Shown here piece after piece: positions 25,049 to 38,535 of a stretch of DNA of 64,000 bases (the stretch's first letter is position 1; each line of letters starts with the position of its first letter). Below the pieces are notes generated by a model, which saw nothing but the letters and a program-made list of their open reading frames with translations, did not search any database and was not told the DNA's origin. The position numbers and the translations under genes are program-made. The stretch is from Negaprion brevirostris (Eukaryota). The stretch is from contig JARDVH010000121.1 of the NCBI GenBank assembly GCA_030324005.1, forward strand, positions 45,130,365 to 45,194,364. Reading direction: 5' to 3'.

Positions 25049-27617
25049 CTACAGCAGGGGCTGGGCCACGGCAGTCCACAACGGAGTATGAGGCATGTGG
25101 TGGTTGAATTAAATATTTGATACTCCAGTGTGTCGTATAAGCCTGCTAAAGGCTGTGTGTCATTTACTTAATGACCAGTCTCATTAGTTAGATGGCAGAG
25201 AAGGCTTGATGCATTTTCTGTGTAAATACACTACCCATAAACCCTTGGGGTTGCAATATATCTGTTTACTCTATGAGGAGAAATGAATTTACTGTATACT
25301 ATCTAATAGGTGGTCCTTGAAATTTAAACATCTCGGAGCTAGAGTTTCAAATATTCCTGTGCCCACTGTGCTAAAAAGGAACACCACACATCGCCGGTTA
25401 ACGCACCCAGTCTGATTAAAATTTAATGGGTAAGATTACTTACTTTAATTTATGCTTCGAACTAAAGCTTGTTAATGTCACAACTGTCAACCTCCCCCCT
25501 CTAACCATACTTGTGGTAGAGTCCTAGGATTCCTATTAGAAACACTGTAAGCGGCCCAGGATATGACAGATGCCCTAGGTTATCAAAGCTACTTCCTTTG
25601 TTGGCTTCAAACCTTATTAGAGGCAAAGGACAGCAGCCATTCATTAAGATCATTTGAGATTTGCATTCAAATGTCATTTTCTATCTCACTTTACCAGGTT
25701 GTGCATATAGTAAGCTTCTACAAGCCAATCTCCTCTTGCCAAAATTCTATTAAATTCTTATCTCAAAGCACCAGGCAGTATTATACATTGCACTTCTTTT
25801 GTTATGCATTATGGCTGAAATCAATCAGCAGTGTCTGGTGTGGATCAGCTGTATCATGCCATTTTAAAAAAGAATAACAAAGAAACAAACAACTAGCAGA
25901 GACCACAAAGCACTAAGCACAGAGACAAGCTTCAACCAAAGGACATCTCTAGATGCAAGAAAACTTTGGTTTCCGACAATATACTTTTAACTCACATTAA
26001 TACTGCCGACTGTGCAATTACACAAACCACGGTTTTGCGATAAAAGCACAGAGAGAGACAAAGTACACATATTTCCACACAATATCACATTTAGGAAGGA
26101 GTTTGAAATGAGCCATGAATTTAAATGAAAATAATTACAACAAAATCGGCAAGCCTTTTAATTGTATCAACTGAACCAGACCGGTTTTTTAAACAAGGAT
26201 CCCTATTAAGAGAATGCCTGCCAGACAGAAACCTTGGACAGCTCCTTTCTGTCCGTATGATCGGCACAAGCCAAAAACATAGTTCAGCACTTTAGTCAGC
26301 TCCAGGGATTTTTACTTCCTGCACAAGCCTCAATTTGCAACCGTACACACGACTTCAATTTCAGAAATATTGCCAAAAAAGAAAGCACGAATATTGATAT
26401 CCATCAATTATTGAAGGGTGATAGTGAAAATACAAGTGAAAGTACTTTATGAAGACTTGTTGAAAAGCTGCTGCGCAAACTTTTCAAAAACTCAAGTTAC
26501 ATGAGTTTTCACTAGTTATTGTACGATTATCACAATACTTTTAAATAATATTTACAATAAATGGATTAATACTTCTATCAGAAAGAGAAAGCAATTAATT
26601 TAAGTATTTTAAGCATTCATATGGTAGCTTTATCGGTAGTAATTTTTAGGCTATACTTTTAAATTAATAGTTTAAAAGTAGATTGTGCTCTTCTGAACAA
26701 CTCTTAGTAATCTGCTACTTTTGGGTTTCCTTCAATGTTTTCACAGTAAAGTAGGTAGAATGGAATATTTTACACACTATTGTAATAGTAATCGTGAAAG
26801 AGTTGATACATATAGAAAAAACATTATTTTATACATAATATTAAAATTAAAAGAAACTGACATGGAGATTAATCTGCTTACAGCTAAAATAAACTGAAGT
26901 AGTTTCAGTTCTATAACTGCTAAATAGAGCTTTTACTTTGAGCAAGTTCTAAGTTAAACTTTTTGCATAGTCAATCAAGGTAACTCTTCAATTACCAGCT
27001 GGGACTCAACTCATTTTTCATGTTGGTCTCACAACAGATTTTGAACCTATGCAGATGGGCAACCCTAATTCACCAGACTACAATCAGTCCTGTTGTATGC
27101 TGGATGCAACTGGTCAGCATTAATATTGTATACGTAACAGCTGAGCATTTGGAGTGAAACCTGCCTGTGGCAGACCCTGGCAGATGGAAGCAGCATACAG
27201 AAACTTTTAATAAGCCTTCAGGCTAACATTGTCTTAATGATCCTTGTCAGGGGCATATCAGCATCACTGAAGAAACCAAACTTCTTTGTCCAAAGTCCGA
27301 GAACAATATTTACCCTTTTCTATTTCAACACATGGATTAATTTTAAGAAAACTAAAGTTTAAAGTAAATTTTTGCATATCCCCACAGCACAAGATTACAG
27401 AATCTAACACTCCAATGTAAATTAATATACTTCAAACTACTCTTAAGTGCAAACAAAAAGAATTTGGAATGTATCATTAAGCGACTATAAAATAATGTAA
27501 GAAATAGATCAAAAGTACATATTTTGTTTTGCAAACAACCGTATAAAACAAATTACAATTATTTCTTTAAGCAATTGCAAATAAATGCACAATTAATCAT
27601 CACAGTTTGACCAATAC

Positions 27618-27650
27618 CTTGAATTATCAGCTGTGTTATAAGAGAAACGG
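27618..27650 (-). other. Candidate 33-nt 5'UTR micro-exon
   Basis: ttatttacttttcttacag|CCGTTTCTCTTATAACACAGCTGATAATTCAAG|gtattg: strong pyrimidine tract and a plausible donor in a repeat-free region. Confidence 0.35.
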
Positions 27651-27789
27651 CTGTAAGAAAAGTAAATAAGTTATGTTTTGTACAAACCAAGAAATGTTCC
27701 ACACAGCTTCATTCTTGCTAGTCTCTGTATATCTGGAAGAACAGTACAGAAGTGAGTATCATTCCTGGAAAGTTACTGCCAAGTGCATG

Positions 27790-27905
27790 CAACTTATCAG
27801 TTGAAGGGGCAGCGCAGCCTGACAGCTGCACCAATCACAACCAATTTTGCACATAATTAAAATTCAATGCAACACACAGGAGCCAATCATGTTGCAGCAA
27901 TGCTG
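27790..27905. promoter_or_regulatory. Promoter/enhancer-like motif cluster
   Basis: TGACAGCTG (TALE site overlapping an E-box) followed by three CCAAT pentamers within about 60 nt. Confidence 0.35.
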
Positions 27906-29684
27906 TGTACACAACACAATTGTCATTCAAGAAGAATACAATACAAAAACTACATTCAGCCTCACCATCGATGTTAAAAAAACTTCCCTTCTCCTATTTT
28001 GCTGTTTGTTGATTTTTAGGTTTACAAAGGGCTCACACGACAACTCCCCAGGACATGACACACACCACAGTTAAATGCAAAGTCACCACACACTCATTTT
28101 ACATCCCACTTTATGTCAGTATATGAACACCTTACTATAATAGTTACTCCTGAAATTTCTCCTCGGACTGTCAGGTGAAATACAAAAGCACGCAAACATT
28201 TTGAGAGAAAGGACAAGCCAAGTCTATGCAGCTACATTTCTAGTTGCATGCTTTCTGTGACATATGTCCTGCTAAATAGATGCTAGCTTCACTTCATTTA
28301 AATAAGATGGAATTGTACTCCTCTACAACAGATGGCTCAGGAGATAATGATGGCTGAGCATAGGAGATTGAATGGCCCTGACTCTGTTGCTATGGCAGAA
28401 GCTAAATGTGTAATGGATGCAGCGCTTATTAAATTTGCTAGCTCTGTGCTTTCTGCTTCCTGAATGAATGAGCTCAGTGAAAGAGGTATGGCCAGCTAAT
28501 GTATCTGGATAGCTTTTTTTTTAAATCCCATAACGCCCGGCACCTCTAATATTATTCCCAAAGTCTAAGGGTCATTAACCTCTTAACTTCCCCAACCCCT
28601 CCAGGCCTTTTACCCCTACTGCACACGTACTGTACCCTTTGACAGAGTAACTTAGCAGATCTACAAGAAAGCAGAAGTGCCGAAAGGCATTGTAGCAGCA
28701 TTTGCATGCATTTGTGGCATGGCAGGGAGACATCAAGCCCCCTAACAGGCTGTGTAAATATGAGCCTTGGCAAAGAGTAAATACAGACAGCACTCTACAA
28801 ACAGTGCCCAATTACAATGACAAAAGCCTGCCACACTTATGGGAGGAGCTCTCTATCCCGGACCACAGGCCACTGAGTGAGCGGCATACTTAATAGGCTT
28901 TCTACAGAAGCCTAGGCTTCCATTACCAGCTGTCACTATAGAATAGCAAAATGATCCAGACTGTGGATTTAAGGACAGCCAGTGAAAGGGAGCAATTAAT
29001 ACAAAAACAAATGAATTGAGCACAATTTACCGATTGTGCCCAATGATAAATCAGAAGAGACTAAGAAAATTTAGTTGGTCAAGGGTACTACTCAAATCAG
29101 CACTTTAGGAATAAAGCACAGTATGGGTTTAACGTGGCTCACCGTGGGCAGAAACTGTCACTTGCTGTATGTATGTGACAAGTAGGCTGAATAAACTTGA
29201 ATAGCCATCATATCTGTATGATTTAAAAATGAAGCAAATATTTTATCCAATTGTTATTTATAAAAGAGATAGTTTTTAATGATGCATACCCACTGAATCT
29301 TCTCCCAAGCCAATTTTTGAATTAACTGTAGTGGAAGTATTTCTTTGAATAGCTTGTCTATCTTTTTAATGAATGTTTGATTTCTCTAAAAGAAGCAAGC
29401 ACTGCAAGGGCAAATGAATTACTGTTCTGCAACAGAGTAAATGCGCTGTACTTTTAGAAAATTACCACAGTGCTTAGAAAGAACCAAACTTTTTGCTGCC
29501 AGCTCCCATATAAAAGAATGAAATTGCTGCTGTATTAGTTGTAGTGACACGTAATCTGTTTGATAGTCTTGCAGTTAAGCCCCATAAATCAGCTTAGCAG
29601 ATGTCCTAAAGTAATGGTGGCACACTTCAGAGAGAAAAAAAAATTGCATTCTTTTAAATTTCAGTCATGGAAGAAAGTGAATTA

Positions 29685-29830
29685 AGACTGTCAGCCTGCG
29701 AGCCAATGACAATTATTCCGACAACGTCTCCTTCCTACTAACCACCGCCTTCCACCCATTCTCTCCACCCTCCCCTCCCCGCGATAAAAATCTAGAGCAA
29801 TCAGCGCAGACCAAAACATAATGCCTCGCC
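29685..29830. promoter_or_regulatory. Promoter-like segment (CCAAT box, GC box, local CpGs)
   Basis: AGCCAATGA, CCCTCCCCTCCCCGCG and several CpGs in an otherwise AT-rich, CpG-poor background. Confidence 0.35.
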
Positions 29831-30744
29831 ATGTGTTCATCTTGGGTTTTAGGATTACCAACTACAAGCAAGGGGGAACCCCAGGGAAAATAATGGCTCC
29901 AAATGAATGGTCATTGTCCAGCCACCTGGACACCCTGAGTCAGCACGCTCATGTACTACAGGGGATTTAGGTGGCCACACATGCAACTCTCAACTTTAAC
30001 CGAGCCAGAGATTTTGGCATCTGTATGCAAATCACACTCTGCCTTGTACTGTGATGTGAAAGTACTTTATGCAGAGGTGCTATGCTGAGCTAGTATTCCA
30101 ACAGTTTCCTCCTCTGTGATGTTTGTGCAGTACTTTTGCTCTCTATGCTGTATTTTATGTGCAATGGTACTTTTCAAGTTTTTAGTATCACTCTGGTTCC
30201 ACAATGATAGCCCTTTTCCTTCGACCAGCATTTGATTTCTAAGTCTTATTTTTGTACTGTTCCTTTTTCAGATCTCTAATTTATTCAAATTCTTAAACGC
30301 AGCTACCACTTTTATCCATTTTAGCAGAAGGCACTCAAAATACAACATGAATTATTCATCACAACTGTACTGAAGCCAGTTCCTTCTCTAAAGTGCTGTG
30401 TTCTAATGCACTTTCAGGATAGAGCTATATATTTTTTAATAGTGCTTTATACCCCTAAGACCATAACTAACAATTATACTAATCATTGAAGTAAATTAAA
30501 AAACATGCAAGTTAAAATTTTGAACAAGTAAAACTGTTTCAACTACAATAAGGTAAGGATGTAGAACTAAAACGTATCTGGTTTTACCTTAAACTATGAC
30601 TTTCAAAACCTATTTCTTGGACAAGCATTCTGTTTTGGCAATAATGCTTNNNNNNNNNNTTCAATGTTTAGGAGTCTTCTAAAGGTTCACTGATACCTGA
30701 CATTTTATTTTCACAGTCCTGTCAAGGCACTTTGTTATTTAAAA

Positions 30745-31803
30745 GGCAGAATTCTCACAAACCCCCATCGGTGTGTTTGATGGTGGGCACAGTGGCAGAA
30801 TATGGAGGGAGGCCCAGAATTTGGTTTTACATTAGCATGAATTTGTGGTGGGATCTTTGGCTGGTGTCTGCCACGGTGGGTCAGAAAACATGCCAGAGGC
30901 CAACGTGAACCTCATTTGCATTGCGTTAATGGAATGCAGGTGAAGACCTAACCCTCCATGCCAGACTGTCTGTGATGCCAACGGGAAAACACAGAAACAT
31001 GAAATACACTTGGAATAATGTGGCATGTGGATGCTGGGACTCATCGTACAATGCCTGGTGCTGCTTCCAAAGCTCAGATTAGAGGCTGCCCACAACCCAG
31101 GACCCTGGAACACTACAGCAGTGGTTGGGGTAGCACCAACAGATGTGCTGAAGGGGTTCCATCTTCCAGCCTCAGCACGTTCCGGAGATACACCTTCATT
31201 CTCAGGAGGTTCATCTTTTGGTCTCAGAGTGCTCCTGGAGATCTATCTTTATTTTCAGGTGGTCCATCTTGTTCAATAGTGGCTCGGTGGTGTTGGACGT
31301 CTTTTCAATATGGCACCCAGACATGACAGCAGACTATGCATCATCCAGGCCTGCCCCACCACTGAATATGGCGTAAAACACCTGGTGCGTAATTAATGAG
31401 GTCGAGGTTGGAGGTTTTGACCTATTTTTCCTTCTGCCCTCCATAATGGGAAACTCTCCATAGTNNNNNNNNNNNNNNNNNNNNNNNNNNNNNNNNNNNN
31501 NNNNNNNNNNNNNNNNNNNNNNNNNNNNNNNNNNNNNNNNNNNNNNNNNNNNNNNNNNNNNNNNNNNNNNNNNNNNNNNNNNNNNNNNNNNNNNNNNNNN
31601 NNNNNNNNNNNNNNNNNNNNNNNNNNNNNNNNNNNNNNNNNNNNNNNNNNNNNNNNNNNNNNNNNNNNNNNNNNNNNNNNNNNNNNNNNNNNNNNNNNNN
31701 NNNNNNNNNNNNNNNNNNNNNNGATCTCCTTAAAGATCCTCCACTGCTCCTCAGCAGACCTACCTTCCAACGCGCGCAGCAGATTGCGTGGAAAACCCTG
31801 CCC
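30745..31803. mobile_element. Non-autonomous DNA transposon relic spanning an N-run
   Basis: Ends ggcagaattctcac ... gtggaaaaccctgccc form an imperfect TIR. Confidence 0.5.
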
Positions 31804-32089
31804 TTGAGTGTGATAAATCAATGCAGAAATGAAAATAAAGCTGAAAATTTCAAAGAAAAGAATAAAAAAATGTTTGGAAGCAATTAAGTTTGTCAGCATG
31901 TGAAAAGACAGAATAACTTGGATGTGGACTTCTCACCTGAGCTTGATTGAAATGTTGACCTATCTTTTCTCTTCATAGCTGTTGATGGACATGCTGTGTA
32001 TTTCCAGTACATTCTAATAATGCCAGATCACAGTTGCTTGACAAGAACACAAATGGAATTACGCCAGTATCTGTTGCCTCAAACAAGGA

Positions 32090-32228
32090 TCAGCTCTGAC
32101 GAAAGGTCACCTAGACTCGAAACGTTGGCTCTACTCTCTCTCTACAGATGCTGTTGGAACTGTTGAGATTTTCCAGCATTTTTCTGTTTTTGTTTCAGAT
32201 TCCAGCATCCGTGGTATTTTGCATTTAT
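32090..32228 (+). mobile_element. Short Penelope-associated repeat with minimal hammerhead ribozyme motif
   Basis: agct-CTGACGA-aaggtcacctagactc-GAAA-cgtt-ggct, then ctctctacagatgctg...ttccagcattt. A more decayed inverted pair of the same repeat lies at about 31820-32015. Confidence 0.7.
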
Positions 32229-33019
32229 CTTAAGTAGAGGTTTATTTGGGGCCGTTTTCATGAGCAGCGTATATCCAAGCTAAGGGACCTATAGATAATT
32301 GAGAGTGGATTGTCAGGCCTCATCAAAACATCTGGGGGAGTGACAAAGCTGTTTGCCCATCTACTCGAGGGAAGTCATCAAGTTGTTGATAATAATTGAT
32401 CTTACTGTCCTGATTTAGAATTTATTCACAAATGACAGAATAGCCCTTTCTTGACTTGAAGAACCAGAGAATATGAAATCTTAATACAAATAGAAGTGAG
32501 TTGCCCAGCCTTTAAGGGATAGGTCTTGACACCTATCCCAACTTTTGTTGACTATCTTCAGCTTGAGGCCTAGTTCATGGGCTAGATATGACTCACAGGC
32601 CAGACCCAGGGCTTCAATAGATCAGGTCTAGTAAGCACCTTCTGTTTAAAAACCAACCTTTATCAGGACTTCCTGAGACCAGAGGTCTTGATCTGCACTA
32701 ACCACATTAAAGCAACTTACAAGATGACACTAATATTAAGGATCAGTCTTCAGTAATGTGATCATTTGGCCCATTGTTTTTGAGACATTTTCTCATGGTG
32801 TTTGAGTGCAAGCAAAAACATCTCTTATTTCACTGACACCATGATATGCCCAGATGATTTCATCCATATCTGCAATGCTCATAGGCTGGGACTTTCAACT
32901 TTGGCAGGGGACATAAGACATGTTTTAAAATCCCTTTAAATAAAATTTGGATTGGGTGCATTAGCGGTAGCTGGATCCGATTTGCATGGTTCACACCCCA
33001 GTTGAAAACTCTGCCAAAT

Positions 33020-33192
33020 TTTTGCCTCACTCCAAAGACATGCGCATTAAGTGGATTGGCCGTGCTAAATTGCCCCTTAGTGTCAGGGGGTTTAGCAGGG
33101 TAACTATGTGGGGTTACGGGGATAGGGCCTGGGTGGAGGGAAGTCCCACAGTGCAGAAAGATGCCTCTTTCTGCACTGTAGGGATTCTATGA
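33020..33192 (+). mobile_element. 5'-truncated HE1-type SINE
   Basis: ccaaagacatgcgcattaagtggattggccgtgctaaattgccccttagtgtc...ctgcactgtagggattctatga. Confidence 0.85.
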
Positions 33193-34979
33193 TTCTTCAA
33201 TGATTCTTATTAGGATCATTTGTGTGGGAGGAGTTAATAATTTGTAATTGAATTATCCAGATCCAGAAGGAGTTCTGATTGGACGGTTAGAATTCAAGTG
33301 GAAAACCTAAGCGAAAATTTATGCTTTGACATCATGAAAAATAAAGTTTGGGAAGAAAAGTAGTTCAGAGTAGGAAAATGGAACATTCTAAAACAGCTGT
33401 GGTGCGTGAATAACTAATTTTAAGGAGTCCCATGAAGAGTTGTCTCTGTGTTCAGATAATTACAAAACATTTATATTGCAAAAGCTTTGTTTTTAATATA
33501 TTAGATTACGAAAATTTAATCAATATGAAATGCTCTATATATAAATTACAAAAGGTTTTTAACAATATCAGTGTCTGAATTTTATCTTTGGTCATGGTGA
33601 TTTGGAACGTACACAAAAGGTGCTAATTTTTCAATGATGCCATTTGGGAAACAATCCCCAGCGTATCTTGTGCCATTTGATTCCCCTGGCCTCAGACTTC
33701 ATAAGGCAGCCCAATTCACATTGTCACCTTCAGGTTTCTTAGACCAGGGGAGGCTTGGTGACATAATTAACAGCAACTTGATGACCTCCCTCAAGTGGAT
33801 GGGCAAACAGTTCTGTCGCTCGCCCCAAATGTGTCGATGAGGTTCGCGAATCCATTTCCAGTTACCTGAGATAACGTGAAGCCAGCCAGCACCAAGAGAA
33901 ATTCCACTTATCAATCTTGGAACAAACCCACCAGTATATGGTTAAAAACAATGATGGACAGTGTGAAACATTTTCCAAAAACATACTCAGACAGAAGAAA
34001 CATGTAATTGGTCAACGTCAGATTTTCATTTCCACTGAAGTCAACAGCGAATGAAAACTGGGTGAGGTATAAGATGGGTAGTAGAATCACAATCAGTCTA
34101 CCTGGCATTGATCAATTTCAACCCTAAAACGCAAAGGATTACATTAATAAAGGAAACAAAATAAACAAGCCACATACAGATTAACTTTCAAATCCCTAAG
34201 CCATCAAATCGCAGTTTGCAAGATTAACAAACACAAACGATCCCTTTTTCCAATATCTAAATACAGGCATCCATTCATTTAAAACAAATAGGTTAAGATC
34301 TGAGCGAAAATAATACAGAGGAATGTGTTAACTGGTAGTCCGCCAATATCGTTAACTGTAATTCCTGAAATGGAAGGAAGTGGGAATTGCAAATTTGCTA
34401 CAGGCCTTGAGAATAAAGGCTACTTAGTACTAAAAGTGATTTATTTAACATTTTTTGAAATACCATGGGCAATTGTCCTAAATCAATACCATTTCAGGAG
34501 AAAAGGGCTTGTCAGTTCAGGATTGAAGGCTAAAGCAATCAAAATTCTGCTTTAAATTAAGACGTATATTCTCCTTTTGCAACCAGGATTAGATAGTAAT
34601 GTTTTGTTGCAGTGTGTTGTACTGCAAATACTTCAACATATCTCGCATATCAAGTACGACTCTTGTGGAATTATCTTTCATTTTGCCTGCGGCTCTGCCT
34701 TTTGTTAACAATCTAGAATAAAGTCACATTCAACAATTTATTGATGAGACACTACAATCATTAATGATACCATGCATTCTATCTTTATTTTCTTTACAAT
34801 TGGAAGAAAGATATCTCCTATAAGTTCTAAGGAATTTGAAGGGCATTTTCATGTGGTAACCTGATGGGGTGCGACCTATACTTCACAACAGCCTGATCAA
34901 ACATCAAGATACATTAGAAGATATGAGGACTATGAATAAAAGCTTGGTCAAAATAATAGGTTTTATGCAGTGTCTGAAG

Positions 34980-35395
34980 AAACAAAAATAGCTTGCATTT
35001 ATATAATGCCTTCAATGTAAATAAAATGTGTCAAGACACTTCAAGGAACATTATAAAGCAAAAATTGACACTGAGCCACATAAGGGGATATAAAGGCAAA
35101 TGACCAAAACCTTTATCAACATTGGAGGTGTTATGAATCATCTTAAAGAAGGAAAGAGAAGAGAGGTACTAAAGTTTATGGAGGGAATCCCAGAGCCTAA
35201 GGCCTTGACGGCTAAAGGCACAGCAACTAATGGTGAAGCATTTCAAATCGGGGATGCCCAAAAGGCCAGGAGGAGTGCATATATTGTGGAGGTTTGTGGG
35301 GTTGGAGAGGCTTACAGGGATAGGGAAGAGAAAAGCCATTACAGGATTTGAAACAAGGATAAGAATTTTAAAATAGAGGAACTGCTCAACAGGCC
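34980..35395 (-). mobile_element. L2-type LINE 3' end
   Basis: cttgcatttatataatgcc...aaaattgacactgagccacataagg is a reverse-complemented L2 tail; related copy at about 60960-61190. Confidence 0.6.
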
Positions 35396-36227
35396 GATGT
35401 TATTGGACTGCCTTAGCGAATTAGAAGGATCTGAACAGCAGATTTCACTAAATGCAAGTAAATAGGAGCAGGTAGTGGCATCAAAAACAGCCCAGGAGCT
35501 GCTGGACAGGACACAGAGTATGGGTCTAATCTTTAGAAGAAAGGTGGTTTCAAGTCATCAGTGATTGCTGAGTTTATTGGACTGCCTATCAGGAAATTTC
35601 AGAAACATTTTGATAGTGAGTATGGCAGAATCCTGCACATGGCATCAACATTCTGCAGTTCATCATATAGCTTGCAGTCACATCACTGGATGCAGCAACT
35701 AAGTTTCCCCACTTCGGGTGTCCTTACATCACAAATAGCAATTCTCAGGCTTACTTATATAAGTAGCATATCTTCTGGCTTGACAAGCTTCGGGACTAAA
35801 TGGATAGCGGCTTCATTTGGATTTCCCAAAGACTACACCTTCTTGATCTGAAACTTAACAACAGAGGCAGAACAGAACATGATGTCACCTTTCATGACAA
35901 GAACACTTGTAGACTTTATATATCTTGCANNNNNNNNNNNNNGTCTTCCTGATGTTAGAAATCCGGATATTCCAGACTGTACAGCAAAGACAAAGGGTGG
36001 AATCTTCCACTCTGGAGTCCAAGTTCAACAGCGGGTGTGGAGTAATTTCTGCTGGAGATGGCAAAGGCGGTGAGACAGCTGATCATGTGCGATCTTCCAC
36101 TGGTCAGCTCATTTCATACGCATCAATGAGCAGGCAAATCTTGTGTGGAAGGGAGGGAGCAGGTGGGCAGGAAACTGCTGCCCCCACTGTTACTTCATGG
36201 GCTCATAGGTTTGAAAGCCATGTTTAT

Positions 36228-36512
36228 CATAGAATCCTGAAAGTGCAGAAGGGGGCCATTCAGTCCATCAAGTCTGCACCAACACAATCCCACCCAGGAC
36301 CTATCCCTGTAACCTCACATGTTTATCCTGTGAATCCCCCTGACACTTATGGGCAATTTAGCATGGCCAATCAACCTCACCTGCACATCTTTGGAGTATG
36401 GAAGGAAACTAGAGCACCTGGAGGAAACCCACACTGATACAGGTCACCCAAAGCCAGAATTAAACCAGAGTCCCTGGACTTGTAAGGTAATAATGCTAAC
36501 CACTGTGCCACC
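36228..36512 (-). mobile_element. HE1-type V-SINE
   Basis: catagaatcc...gcacctggaggaaacccac...gctaaccactgtgccacc is the reverse complement of the SINE. Confidence 0.88.
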
Positions 36513-37404
36513 ACATCACCTGTTAGGGGCACCTGGATAGCCAATCACTCTGCATGCCAGGAGCTTCGGCTGTGCTTAATGACCCAGAGAAGACAACAAA
36601 GTGCAGCCCCACAGTTCAACGAAGCTCCCTGAAACTCTCCTCCAGGCCATCCAGGAAAGGCCGTTGGTGCTCTCTCCCCAGGGTGGCAACAGTAGGCACT
36701 CACTCCCATCTGGCTGTGGATGGACATCACAGCAGAGATTAACAACTACGGAGTCCACTCGAGAAAAGCCAAGCAGTGTCAGTAGAGGGTGAATGATCTG
36801 TTGCGCTCTGTTAGGATAATTGGCATTGTCTACTCTTACTGCAAGCAGACATCATAAGGGCATTAGGCAGTGTAAGTGTGTGCATGCACAGGCATGCCAG
36901 ATAAGAATTTGGGTTGCAGAACTCACCAGCAGATGGGACATTGGCACTGATTGTGTGCCAGCCACTTCATGCTCTTAATCTTCTATGAATTGCAGGGCAT
37001 GCTGCCTCTTGATCACTTACTGGGAAGGACTCGCAAGCTGCCGTAGACTCGCATGCTTCATGCAAACATTGGGATGACACTCAATCCTTCTGCCTTACTA
37101 AAGGACAAGAAAAACCCAGGATAAGCAAGAGCGGTCCAAGGCTGGAGGTGGAATTCCAGAGATTAGATTCCTTATTCCGTCTGAGGAATTGGTTGCTGAG
37201 ATAGCTGAGGAAGAGCTGGACAGTTCCTGTGTTGAAGGTGAGATAGGACTTCATTAAGAAGTTAGTGAAGGTGCCTCCAGTCTGACGTTGTCAGCCATGC
37301 CCATAATTTGAGACATTGCTTTAATTAAGAAACCTGTACTCATTAAATCTCCCATTTCTCTATTCCAGGTAGCAGCAAGAAAAAGGGGGAGGCCACAAGG
37401 AAGA

Positions 37405-37594
37405 CCATAAAAAGAAACCCTACAGTGCAGAAACAGGCCATCTGGCCCATCAAGTCTGCACCGACCATAATCCCACCCAGACCCTACCTCCATATCCCTA
37501 CATATTTACCCGCTAATCCCTCTAACCTGCACATCTCCGGACACTAAGGGGCAATATTAGCATGGCCAATCAACCTAACTCGCACATCTTTGGA
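37405..37594 (-). mobile_element. 5'-truncated HE1-type SINE
   Basis: ccctacagtgcagaaacaggcc...gacactaaggggcaatattagcatggccaatcaacctaac. Confidence 0.85.
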
Positions 37595-37984
37595 CCAGTC
37601 ACTGACCAGCCCTGAGGATGTTGCCTCTGAATCCTCAGAGGATGCACCACTCACCAGCATCCTCCACCAACACAGATATTCATCTCGGTGGGTGCACGTT
37701 TCACAGTAGGCTCAGAGTCATAACCTAGTGAGTACATCACTAACACTGCTGATACATGGAAGACTACTGGAGACCAAGCCTCTGCTCTACCTAACACAGA
37801 TGACAAGCCTCTGGATTCAGCCATTAGAGACTTGATGGTGATGCAGGGACAGGCTGGGGAACACCAGGCAGAGATACAAGAAGCCTTGAACAGACTTGAC
37901 CAAAGGCTGGAGGAGTCCATCCACATCCTGTCTGCTGTCATGACCAGGCATGGAAGTGTCTGACTGCCTCCATGGAAAGGACGA

Positions 37985-38535
37985 TTTGGTTTGATTTGAT
38001 TGTCACATGTATTGGAATACACTGAAAAGTATTATTTCTTGCACGCTATACAGACAAAACATACTGTTCATAGAGTACACAGGGGAGAAGGAAAGGGGAC
38101 GGTGCAGAGTATAGTGTTACAGCCATAGCTAGGGTGCAGAGAAATATAAGGTAGGTCTATTCATAAGTCTGATGGCAGCAGGGGAGAAACTGTTCTTGAG
38201 TTGGTTGGTTTGTGACCTCAGACTTTTGTATCCTTTTCCTGACAGAGAAAGGTGAAAGAGAGTATGTCCAGGGTGCATGGGGTCCTTGATGATGCTGGCT
38301 GTTTTTCCGAGGCACCGAGGGAACTGTAAACGGTGTCAATGAATGGGAGACTGGTTTGCATGACAGACTGGCTTTGTTCATGACCCTTTGTAGTTTCTTG
38401 CAGTTTTGATCAGGGCAGGAGCCACACCAAGCTGTGATAAATATGGAAAGGGTGCTCTCTATGGTGCATCTGTAATGAACATGCTGAATTTCTTTAGCCT
38501 CCTGATAAAGCAGAAGCATTGGTGTGCTTTCTGGT
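37985..38535 (-). mobile_element. Rex1/Babar LINE 3' end
   Basis: ORF 38157..38558 contains YRCTIESTLSIFITAWCGSCPDQNCKKLQRVMNKA, the typical Rex1/Babar RT C-terminus. Confidence 0.8.
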
